Position numbers and translations under genes: made by a program | In this document: one piece after another, positions 42,705 to 52,145 of the stretch | How positions within the stretch are numbered: the first letter of the stretch is position 1 | Layout: each line of letters begins with the position of its first letter | Notes under the pieces: model-generated | Database searches by the model: none | What the model saw: the letters and a program-made list of their open reading frames with translations, nothing else | What the model was told of the DNA's origin: nothing | Assembly: GCA_038321985.1 (NCBI GenBank) | Contig: JBBQFN010000002.1 | Span: 64,001 to 128,000 of the forward strand | Direction: 5' to 3' | Origin: Cyanophyceae cyanobacterium | Lineage (GTDB): Bacteria > Cyanobacteriota > Cyanobacteriia > Cyanobacteriales > Laspinemataceae | DNA length: 64,000 bases

Positions 42705-43547
42705 TCAGGGTTGAAAATTTTCGTGTTCAATGACAAACACATTGGCATATAGATTAGCTAAAATCTGTTGTCCCTGCTGGGTCAACCCTAAGTAAGGCAA
42801 GGCCTGCTGAATATAAGGATAAACGCTTTCCCAATAAACCCGAGGATATTTAGCCCGCAGATCTCCGGGGTTTTCATACCCGAGTTTTGCATTCATGCCA
42901 ATTTCTTCAAATTCATAAAACAGAGCGCTAATCTTTTTCAAATACCTAGGATCGCTCAGTTGCCCGATCAGGGCCGCCGCCCGCACCAGTCCCGGATAAG
43001 TGCTGCTTTCCTGGGAATCCTCAACCGCAGGCATCGGAAACCGAGTCAGTTCGATATTACGCTTGAGCGATTCGGCATCAATTAGCTTATGGCCGCCAAA
43101 TCGCTCTTGAATAAACAGCTTATCGCGATCGACCCGGTACGGAGTCAAGCTGGCAGAGGTCGCCCCTTCGGGTAGCGTTACCGTTTCGCTATTGCAACCC
43201 GTGGCATACACGCTCATTGCCGTTCGGTCCTGCTTGCAAACCCCTTTGACATACCCGATATCGTGGCAGACTAGAGAAATAATAAAGTGCAACCAATCTT
43301 CACAGGAAACGCCGCCCTCCCGGATGTGTTTTCCCCGTAGAACCTCTTGCCCCACTAACGTGATGTTAATGGTGTGTTCGATATTATGGTACAAGGCATC
43401 AGTATTTGCCAGATTCTCCAGGGCCATGTGGCCCGCCCAGCCGATAATATCCGCATAGTCCGGTTTCAGCCCCCCGTATGTCCGGGCATAGCCCGTTTTA
43501 AGCTGGCGCACGAAGTCATCAATCAAGATTTCCGTGGTATTAAACAT
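42705..43547 (-). CDS. HD-domain metalloprotein (Npun_R2479-like family)
   Basis: ALYHNIEHT, CHDIGYV, LIGQLSDPRY. Confidence 0.85.
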   Translation of the reverse strand: MFNTTEILIDDFVRQLKTGYARTYGGLKPDYADIIGWAGHMALENLANTDALYHNIEHTINITLVGQEVLRGKHIREGGVSCEDWLHFIISLVCHDIGYVKGVCKQDRTAMSVYATGCNSETVTLPEGATSASLTPYRVDRDKLFIQERFGGHKLIDAESLKRNIELTRFPMPAVEDSQESSTYPGLVRAAALIGQLSDPRYLKKISALFYEFEEIGMNAKLGYENPGDLRAKYPRVYWESVYPYIQQALPYLGLTQQGQQILANLYANVFVIEHENFQP

Positions 43548-44170
43548 ATCCCCTTGTGCCGTTTGTGATTAGCGTTTCGTCACCCTGTTGGTCCCGGAAG
43601 CGCCGAGTAGACCGCCAACGTTGCTCCTATCAATCATAAAAACTTTAGGGTGAGATCGAACCAGAGATTATGGTGCTGGTATTCAGTGTAGACAATTGGG
43701 GGACCGGGTAGGTAAAAAACTCAGTCAAACTCCGGTCTTGAGGTTGCACAAAGGTAGAGGTCCCCTTTTCTGGTCTTTACGCTTCTGTGGTGCTGATAGA
43801 GTTTAATTTGGATTAAGACTTCTGCACCGATACTGAGGGGCAACTCTCTCCCCGGTTCTACACTGGGTAAAAACTCCTAAATCCCCAAGATTCTGGGTCA
43901 GTCCTGTAGAGGACTGAAAGATTTAGAAAAATCACCCAGTTTTATAGGAACGGTGTTCCCACTCCCGTTGCCGGGCAGTTTTTTTCAATATCGCCTGTTG
44001 GGGTCTACTTCAATGATGGCGATCGCCGGGGATCGCGATCTAGATCACACCTAGACGCGGGATGCGATCGCATCGTAGAAAAGCAGAATCGTTAAGATCG
44101 ATCATATCGACCCTACCGATTTTCAGTGGAAATTATAGGTTTCCCTAGAACAATGGAACTAACCGCAGCC

Positions 44171-44353
44171 ATGTCTCAAGTCCCGCTGGAAGAATTATAT
44201 GGTCAAGTCATGTTTTCTAATGTAGTGACTCGTGCCGATCGCCAACAGCTTAAAGCCGCTCTTCTCAAAGATTGCCTAAGTGAAGACGAACAAGCCATCA
44301 TTGACCGCGTGCTTTACAATGTGCGCCGGGGATGGCTCCAGCTTATCGACTGA
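44171..44353 (+). CDS. Small conserved hypothetical protein
   Basis: C-terminal LSEDEQAIIDRVLYNVRRG, typical of a small cyanobacterial family; start uncertain. Confidence 0.65.
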   Translation: MSQVPLEELYGQVMFSNVVTRADRQQLKAALLKDCLSEDEQAIIDRVLYNVRRGWLQLID

Positions 44354-44688
44354 AATCAGACCTCATTATAAAGAAAACCGGCTGATAACTCTAGGCGGTG
44401 AGTTAGGTAGTGTAATTCTTACTTCTCTCCGATTTTACAGTCGGATGCCGCCTGATGGGATCATTTTCTGAACGGGTCAGTCTTCTTGGGCTTATTATAT
44501 CTCCATACCGAGTTGCCCGAAAGTAGCCACTTCAAACCTATTTTTTCTCCCTTGCAGCGACTCTTTACCCAGTTTTCCTCCAGGGAATCCCCTCTCTTCA
44601 GCTTTGACGCCTAACCCTTGGTATTTGGGTTAAGATAAAGAGCGATCGCCCCAGTAAAAATGCTACCCTAACAGAGACCTTTAAACGG

Positions 44689-45054
44689 ATGCAACTCGTG
44701 AGTGTCTCGGTACAATTTATCAAGGGATTGGATGAGGAAATCGGCGGAATTAGTCTCCGCAAAGGCCGGAGTTCAGGAACAAAAACTGTAGTATTGTTCT
44801 TTGAAAGGGTGCAGGCGATGGAAAAGGGCCGCAGCTTTGTCAATAAAATAGAAACTTTAAATTTGTGTGATGAAGAAGGTGAAATTCAAGTGGTTCCCAA
44901 TGCTATGAAATTTCACTTTATTAATGATGATAATTTATCTCAAGCTGAATGTTCGTTTGAGGTCAATTCCGATGAAGCATGGGAGCGAGTGATGAGATTT
45001 TTACATCGATATGCGGATGAACAGGGGTTTGAATTTCAAGAACCCAAAGCATAG
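44689..45054 (+). CDS. psb28: Photosystem II assembly factor Psb28 (Psb28-2-like)
   Basis: QFIKGLDEE, DEEGEI, WERVMRFLHRYADEQG. Confidence 0.88.
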   Translation: MQLVSVSVQFIKGLDEEIGGISLRKGRSSGTKTVVLFFERVQAMEKGRSFVNKIETLNLCDEEGEIQVVPNAMKFHFINDDNLSQAECSFEVNSDEAWERVMRFLHRYADEQGFEFQEPKA

Positions 45055-45172
45055 GCTTCTTTCAAGGGCGATCGCCTGTTTAAGGATGATTAACTGAGGT
45101 TCAGCCACAGCAGTTAACCCCAGCAATTTTCCCGTTTTCTCAACCCGAATGGCATCTCGATACAGAAATTCT

Positions 45173-45186
45173 GTATCAAAAACTAC
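45173..45186 (+). promoter_or_regulatory. NtcA-binding site upstream of glnB
   Basis: GTA-TCAAAAAC-TAC is an exact GTA-N8-TAC; glnB is an established NtcA target. Confidence 0.75.
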
Positions 45187-45256
45187 AAAAAGCCAGGGCA
45201 GGGCGGTGATACTAAGGTACGATGCAGGTTACGCAATCAGCAGTTCAACAGCGTGA

Positions 45257-45607
<351 letters not shown>

Positions 45608-45680
45608 AACCCTGAGAAAGAATTAAGGATAAAGAATTGAGAATTATTTAATCCTCAATTCTCAATTCTCCGTTCTCCTC

Positions 45681-45717
45681 AAATCCCGCTTCAACTTGGG
45701 TTGGAGTGGGATTTTTT
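45681..45717 (+). terminator. Terminator between convergent glnB and rdgB
   Basis: AAATCCCGCTTCAAC...GTTGGAGTGGGATTT followed by a T-run. Confidence 0.75.
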
Positions 45718-46330
45718 ATGAAAACTCCAAAGTTGCCAACTCAGGCAGCAGGATATTAAAGGCTTGACCCCGATGACTCAGACGTTTTTTAGTCTCCGGG
45801 TCCATTTCGGCGAAAGATTGACGCTGTTCGGCGTGGTAAAAAATGGGGTCGTAACCGAAACCATTATTTCCTCGGGGACGGTGGAGAATGCGGCCATTAC
45901 AAACTCCTTCCGCTTGTAAGGCAATGGAACCATCGGGACGGGCGATCGCGATGGCACAGACAAACTGTGCCTCTCGATTCAGTTCACTCCCTAACTCAAA
46001 CAGCAGGCGATCGATCCGCTCTTGATCGGTTTTACCATAGCGAGCGGAAAAAATTCCCGGACTGCCATCGAGAGCCTCGACCGATAACCCAGAATCATCA
46101 GCGATCGCCCACTTTCCCGTAGCGATCGCCACTTCAGACGCCTTGAGGATTGCATTTTCCATAAAAGTCTCCCCGGTCTCTTCCACGTCAATTTCCGGGG
46201 GTTTAAGCTGCAATTCCCAGCCTAAATCTCCCAGATAGGCTTCCATTTCTTCGAGCTTCCCGGGATTGCTCGTGGCAACTACCAGGAGCTTTTGAGTTGG
46301 GCTTTCTGATTCTAAATTCATAGGTAGCAA
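45716..46330 (-). CDS. rdgB: Non-canonical purine NTP pyrophosphatase (RdgB/HAM1)
   Basis: ATSNPGK, ADDSGL, GFGYDPIF, SHRG. Confidence 0.95.
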   Translation of the reverse strand: MLPMNLESESPTQKLLVVATSNPGKLEEMEAYLGDLGWELQLKPPEIDVEETGETFMENAILKASEVAIATGKWAIADDSGLSVEALDGSPGIFSARYGKTDQERIDRLLFELGSELNREAQFVCAIAIARPDGSIALQAEGVCNGRILHRPRGNNGFGYDPIFYHAEQRQSFAEMDPETKKRLSHRGQAFNILLPELATLEFS

Positions 46331-46395
46331 TTCATTAATTCAATAGTCCCAATGATTTAGGCTCGTGCGTGATCCCATCTAGGGTACAAGACCAG

Positions 46396-47868
46396 CTAAA
46401 CTCCCTGAGCCCACTGTTGAGCCCAGGCTAACGTATGACGGACTTGCGTCAGGGTGCCAGCTTCACAATACAGGCGCAAGACAGGTTCCGTGCCGCTAAA
46501 GCGAATCAGCAGCCAACTGCCATCCTTCAAGCGAAATTTGTAACCATCAATGGTTAAACAATCCACCACCGATTGACCCGCGATCTCGGTTAATTGGGTG
46601 GTTTTGAGTTGTTCGCGCAGGCGATCGGCTACCGCCATACTGCGCAGGGGTAAATCAATCCGGTCATAACTGAAGTGATAGTCAGCTTGATCTTGAGTGC
46701 GACGATACAGGGTGCCTACTTCTAAGCCAGATTGGACGATCGCCTCTAGCAGGTAAAGCGCCGAAAGCAATGCATCCCGTTCGGGGACATGGGTCCCATA
46801 TCCGATGCCTCCCGACTCTTCGCCCCCAATCAAGACGCGATTTTCTAGCATCCGATCCGCGATGTATTTGAAGCCGATGGGGGTTTCCATCACGGGCCTA
46901 TCGTACAATTTTGCCACCCGGGGAATCAGGTCAGAACCGCTGACGGTTTTGATGACTGCCCCCATAAATCCGCGCCGTTTAGCCAGATGTTCAATTAAGA
47001 CGGGGATTAAAATTTGGGAACTGAGGAAGGTGCCATCTCCATCGACAGCAGCAATGCGATCGGCATCTCCGTCGAAGACAAATCCGACGGATAAACCGGG
47101 ATTGTTCGAGCGTCGGTGGGTTCGCATCAGTCGAAATAGGGAGGAGAGGTATCGAGGCAGGGGTTCCGGTGCACCCCCATCAAATAGGGGGTCGCGATCG
47201 CTATTGATTTCTCGCACCGGGACTTCTAGGACTTTACCCAACCCACTGGCTCCCGCGCCGTGCATAGCATCGACAAATATCGTGAGTTGACCCTGGGTGA
47301 CGGCCTCCTTAATTCGGGCAATATCGACCATAGAGCGCAACATTTCGCAGTAACTCGGCCAGATATTGAACTTCTCTAAGCGTCCGGGCGTAAGGGAAGA
47401 GTCTGTTGATGGAGTGTCCTTTGATAGGCGCGCTTCGATCCGTTGGGTAACCTCCGGAGGGACCGAGCCACCAAATGCGCCCTTAACTTTGAGTCCTAAG
47501 TAGGCAGCCGGATTGTGAGAAGCAGTGAGGACGATTGCGCCCAGGGCCCTGCGTTGGTTAGCCAACCAACTAAAGGCCGGGGTGGGGGCGTAGGTTTCAC
47601 AGAGCATCACGTCAAACCCCGCTGATTGAATAGACTCAGCCGCTGCCAGGGCAAAGGTTTCTGCCAGAAACCGGCGATCAAAACCGACGATAATGGTCCG
47701 GCTTCCCGTGGTGGGTCCGTAAAATTCCTCTAAAATATGGGCGGCGATCGCAGCGACCCGAACCACCCGCTCAAAGGTAAAATCCGCGGCAATAACACCG
47801 CGCCAACCATCAGTGCCGAACTTAATCGGGCTACCATTCACCGGGAGAGATGTAGGCTGAGCGCTCAT
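46396..47868 (-). CDS. Phosphoglucomutase/phosphomannomutase family protein
   Basis: FGTDGWRG, TASHNP, DGDADR, GEESGG, RFSGTEP; ATG at 47868 preferred. Confidence 0.94.
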   Translation of the reverse strand: MSAQPTSLPVNGSPIKFGTDGWRGVIAADFTFERVVRVAAIAAHILEEFYGPTTGSRTIIVGFDRRFLAETFALAAAESIQSAGFDVMLCETYAPTPAFSWLANQRRALGAIVLTASHNPAAYLGLKVKGAFGGSVPPEVTQRIEARLSKDTPSTDSSLTPGRLEKFNIWPSYCEMLRSMVDIARIKEAVTQGQLTIFVDAMHGAGASGLGKVLEVPVREINSDRDPLFDGGAPEPLPRYLSSLFRLMRTHRRSNNPGLSVGFVFDGDADRIAAVDGDGTFLSSQILIPVLIEHLAKRRGFMGAVIKTVSGSDLIPRVAKLYDRPVMETPIGFKYIADRMLENRVLIGGEESGGIGYGTHVPERDALLSALYLLEAIVQSGLEVGTLYRRTQDQADYHFSYDRIDLPLRSMAVADRLREQLKTTQLTEIAGQSVVDCLTIDGYKFRLKDGSWLLIRFSGTEPVLRLYCEAGTLTQVRHTLAWAQQWAQGV

Positions 47869-48309
47869 AAAAGTCTGCCTCAAACAGCAATAATTGTTAA
47901 AGAAATATCGGCTTAGCAAGGATCCTAATTGACCCTTAGAGAGTGAGGGCAAAAGATAGATTGACTCATAAAGGTTTTGCACTCGGGGGTTACCCACTCA
48001 TCTCTTTCCTAAGCGTTTAAGATTTTATCAAAAAATTTGAGAGATAAAACAGGTTGAAGCAGATCCGTGAGTAAAAGTTGTTCCCATTTAAAGGAGAAAT
48101 TTGTGAGAAATTGGCGGAAAGGAACTCATGAATCGATATAATAGCAAGGCTTTAAGCGATCGCTTAGAGCAATTAGCCGATCGCTCCTGTCCCTCTTTAA
48201 ATATTCGGTAATTTTTCCGCCGTCGGGCTATCGGGAGCCCTGCTTAAAACTGCTAAAATAAGTGAGTCTGTTTTATTCTCTTGTAGATTCAGGAAACCCG
48301 TAATCGAAT

Positions 48310-49497
48310 ATGGCTATTATAATTGGCACAGATCAGGCTGACCTCATCTTTGGAACCGTTGAATCTGATTCAATTTTGGGATTAAAAGGCGAAGACACAA
48401 TCGACGGAAGCGCCGGAAATATTACCATAAATGGCAACCAGGGAGCCGATCTCATCATTGGCCGCGAAGGGGATGATTTCCTGTATGGCGGTCAAGGAGA
48501 TGACTTAATTTATAGTGGCAGTGGTAATGATACCCTGTTTGGAAACTTAGACAATGACACCCTCTTTGGAGAATCAGGAAACGATCTGCTATTAGGCGAA
48601 GGAGGACGCGACGTCCTTTACGGGGGAGAAGGAGACGATACGTTACAAGGAGGTGAAGAGAATGATACCGTACTCGGAGAAAATGGCGACGATACCCTGT
48701 TTGGAGAAAATGGGGATGATTTATTATTTGGCAATAAAGGCGATGATCTGGTTCTAGGAGGACAAGGGGACGATACCCTTTATGGCGGACGGGATGACGA
48801 TCGCCTGTTTGGAGAAGACGGAAATGATTTGCTGTTTGGGGATTTAGGAAATGATATCTTAAATGGCAACGTGGGTAGCGATACCTTAGAGGGTGGAGAA
48901 GGGGAAGATAGCTTGTATGGCGGACGTGGGGATGATAGTCTGTTTGGGGGTGCAGGAAGTGATTGGCTATTCGGTGGAGTAGGTGCCGATTCCTTGACAG
49001 GCAGCACTGGATCGGATTATTTTGTATTACAGTCAAATGCTGGGGTTGATCTGATTACGGACTACAACCCACAAGAGGATTTTATAGCCTTAGATGAGGG
49101 TTTAGAATTCGGGAATTTGGAGTTTAAAAATATTACCAATGTTGGCGCAGATAATAGCTTGACTCAGAGTACAGCCATCGTGGTTACAGAGACGCAACGA
49201 ATTCTGGCAATTTTATCCGGTGTAGCCGCCTCTAGTTTCACCGGCGCTGATTTTGTGGATATTACGGGAGCACCGATTTCTATTTCTCGTCCACCTGTAG
49301 AAGAAGATACAGATTCGACGACAGAGAATTCGACGACGGAGAACTTTACGGCGAGTAATAATTTATTTGAGGAGGGTTTGGGAGATATATTTTCACAACC
49401 TACAGACGATACTTTGGAATCGATGACTAATCAAAACATCCGCAGCGGGGCTGATTTTTTGGCCTTAGATAGTTTGGATAACGTCGGATTTATTTAA
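48310..49497 (+). CDS. Calcium-binding protein with RTX (GGxGxD) nonapeptide repeats
   Basis: Many L(Y/F)GGxGDD and GNxGxD repeats. Confidence 0.9.
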   Translation: MAIIIGTDQADLIFGTVESDSILGLKGEDTIDGSAGNITINGNQGADLIIGREGDDFLYGGQGDDLIYSGSGNDTLFGNLDNDTLFGESGNDLLLGEGGRDVLYGGEGDDTLQGGEENDTVLGENGDDTLFGENGDDLLFGNKGDDLVLGGQGDDTLYGGRDDDRLFGEDGNDLLFGDLGNDILNGNVGSDTLEGGEGEDSLYGGRGDDSLFGGAGSDWLFGGVGADSLTGSTGSDYFVLQSNAGVDLITDYNPQEDFIALDEGLEFGNLEFKNITNVGADNSLTQSTAIVVTETQRILAILSGVAASSFTGADFVDITGAPISISRPPVEEDTDSTTENSTTENFTASNNLFEEGLGDIFSQPTDDTLESMTNQNIRSGADFLALDSLDNVGFI

Positions 49498-49583
49498 TTG
49501 AGCGATCGCCAATGAGGACAGAGGAATCTATTAGAAACGGATAGAAACTCCCCACTCATTTTGCCCCCAGGGAACGCCCGGTT

Positions 49584-49649
49584 AAAAACCGGGCTTCTTA
49601 ATACTGAGCTGGGTTAACATCCAAAATTTAATTTAGAAACCCGGTTTAT
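49584..49649. repeat. Dispersed double-palindrome element (third copy)
   Basis: AAAAACCGGGCTTCT ... AGAAACCCGGTTTAT, 51 bp apart. Confidence 0.7.
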
Positions 49650-49711
49650 TGGCGTTTTTTTTAGAGTGCAGAGTTTCGCAACAAGGGAAAGCCGGAAATC
49701 CCCCCCAGAGG

Positions 49712-50059
49712 TTACTCGCCCTCAGCGCTAACAGAATCCTCTAGATCGGGGGTATAATCAGCGGCAGCTTCTGATAAAACTTCCAGCAGCGATCGCAACT
49801 TGATGCGCTGGATATACGGCCACCCTCCAGAGGTTTCGATATCTCGCAACAAGTTATAAAGTGCCTGTCGGTTACTCGGTAGAGATTCCAGAAACAAACT
49901 CTCGCAAATTTCTCGATGGAATCGTTCTAAAGTGCGCAGTAACTCCAACAGTGCCAGACAATCCCCCTGATAACTCTTGGCGACAAGACGCAAGTCCTCA
50001 ATCGTACTACTTAAATTGGGGAGTTTGCCATCGGAATCAAGATTTGTGTTCAAGTCCAT
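49712..50059 (-). CDS. Conserved cyanobacterial hypothetical protein
   Basis: LPSNRQALYNLLRDIETSGGWPYI. Confidence 0.78.
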   Translation of the reverse strand: MDLNTNLDSDGKLPNLSSTIEDLRLVAKSYQGDCLALLELLRTLERFHREICESLFLESLPSNRQALYNLLRDIETSGGWPYIQRIKLRSLLEVLSEAAADYTPDLEDSVSAEGE

Positions 50060-51037
50060 TTAATTTTTTGCCTCAAGGTCGCGAGTAAATATTCCAATTG
50101 TTAAGCACGGCTTTCACCTGCTTGTGGTGGGAGTCTTTGGCTCTCAAATTTGATATTTTATCTAACTTTGTGCCGGGGGTTAGAAACAGGGTCGTTTGAG
50201 GGCCTGTTAACAACTCTGGTTTCCCTGAGCGATCGCCCCCAATCCCCCCGAATTTTCCCACCCCTGGGGTCTATGACTCCGGGGGAACCCTTCTTTTATC
50301 AAAGTTCTCCTTTAAAAGTTTCGGTTCCGGTGGGGAGTGCTTATCAACTTCTCGCCGCCTCAATCCTCTTTTCTATTCTCTCCTCCCTCGATTTCAAGAC
50401 GTCGGGATTTTAACAAAATACTCAACCCTTTCGTCTTTTTCCTAACATCCGTTTGAGGATCCATACAAGGGGTACATCCTGGCACTAATAAAATAGCCAG
50501 TGGAGAGCGGAAAATCCAGTCCGGCGATCGCGACGCTGGCATTCTTCCAGGACTCGACAAGAATTAAAAGTAACCGACGTTCCGATGGGTGCTTATTTCG
50601 GTAAAATGCTCTATGGCATCTAAAAGCAGCGTAAAATGCTTAAACCGCGACACTGGAATTCCCTCTTCCCTGAGAAGTCGGAGTCGCTATGTCGCTGTAC
50701 CCTGCTGAAACGGAGAAAAGAGATCGTTCCTCGATGTCAGCTTACCAATCAAGCTGACTGACATAGATGCTACCTCCTCAATCCTGGATGGCGTAACAAA
50801 AACACCTGCACTATTTTCCACAGTGCCAAAACTTACAAAACCGATTGAGGGTTTTGGTTGCTCGGTCGTTCGATCTCAGGATTCGCTTTGACTGTCACAG
50901 ATGAGTAAGTTTACTCATCAATTCTTAATCGAACTTGAAAGGCTCAACTGTTTAGGTTCGGTCGTCCGAACGACGTTGAACCCAAACGTAAGATTAACCC
51001 CTGGTGGGATTGTTAAATTTTGAAATAAAGGTTGACC

Positions 51038-51865
51038 ATGAGGTATCGCGCTTTAATTGTCGCATTTCTAGCAGTATGCTTGAGCGTGCTAACGGCTTGT
51101 AGTGAAGGGCCGACCGTGGGGAGTTCAGAACTTACCTATGATGATATTCTAGGCACAGGTTTAGCCAATAGCTGTCCGGAATTGGCAGAAACTGCTCGGG
51201 GTGCAATTCCCATTGATGGCAGCGAATCTTATTTGCTGAGTGAGCTGTGTTTACAGCCAACAGAATATTTTGTTCTGGAAGAAGGAGCCAATAAACGGCA
51301 AGAAGCTGCATACATTCCGAGCAAACCCTTGACTCGTTATACCTCCTCCCTGACCCAAATCCAAGGACCTTTACAAGTGGGTGAAGATGGCAGCCTCACC
51401 TTTATAGAAGAAGATGGAATCGACTTTCAGGCGATTACCGTCATGCTTCCCGGTGGGGAGGAAGTTCCTTTCCTCTTTACTGTCAAAGGGCTAAAAGCAA
51501 AAAGTCAGCCCGGACTTGACAGTATTAATACCTCAACGGACTTTCAAGGAGACTATACCGTTCCCTCGTATCGTTCCGCTTCTTTCCTCGACCCCAAAGG
51601 TCGCGGTGGGGCGACTGGATATGATAATGCGGTAGCGTTGCCTGGAAGTTCTGATGCTGCGGATTTAAATCGTTCCAACGTCAAGCGTGCACTTCAGGGT
51701 AAAGGTCATATCTCCCTGAGTGTGTCTAAAGTCAATAGCAGCACTGGCGAAATTGCTGGGGTTTTCGTGAGCGAACAGTCCTCAGATACGGACTTAGGCG
51801 CGAAAGAACCTGTAGAAGTGAAGATTCGCGGTCTATTTTACGGTCGCGTGGAACCTGGCGCATAA
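51038..51865 (+). CDS. psbO: Photosystem II manganese-stabilising protein
   Basis: MRYRALIVAFL, GTGLANSCP, GIDFQAITV, FLDPKGRG, SDTDLG. Confidence 0.97.
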   Translation: MRYRALIVAFLAVCLSVLTACSEGPTVGSSELTYDDILGTGLANSCPELAETARGAIPIDGSESYLLSELCLQPTEYFVLEEGANKRQEAAYIPSKPLTRYTSSLTQIQGPLQVGEDGSLTFIEEDGIDFQAITVMLPGGEEVPFLFTVKGLKAKSQPGLDSINTSTDFQGDYTVPSYRSASFLDPKGRGGATGYDNAVALPGSSDAADLNRSNVKRALQGKGHISLSVSKVNSSTGEIAGVFVSEQSSDTDLGAKEPVEVKIRGLFYGRVEPGA

Positions 51866-51920
51866 GCGATCGGGTTGCAGGAGGTTAAGATCTGGACCTC
51901 ATCACCTCAAGGATCTGATT

Positions 51921-51945
51921 AAAGGGGCAAATAGCCCCTTTTTTT
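51921..51945 (+). terminator. Intrinsic terminator after psbO
   Basis: AAAGGGGC-AAATA-GCCCCTTT followed by a T-run. Confidence 0.85.
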
Positions 51946-52145
51946 GGGTCATTTTTCAGAAGATCGCGACCCGACAGGCGCTTCATCTTGACAATCTTTA
52001 CAACATAGGGGGTTACATCTTTGTGGGTTGCCTAAGTCCTGCTTCATCTTGACTTTTTTGTTAAGACATCTGACCAATGAGAGTTGTTTTTTCCCGGGGA
52101 AAGTTAGGATAATTAAGATATCCCCCATCCTCGGATAGAGCTGCT

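Noticed and set aside
45615..45680. Short AATTCTC/GAGAATT heptamer repeats after glnB
   Set aside because: Degenerate STRR-like repeats, common in filamentous cyanobacteria; too few to be informative
48455..49036. 193-aa His/Arg-rich antisense ORF
   Set aside because: Shadow of the GGxGxD repeats of the RTX protein on the opposite strand
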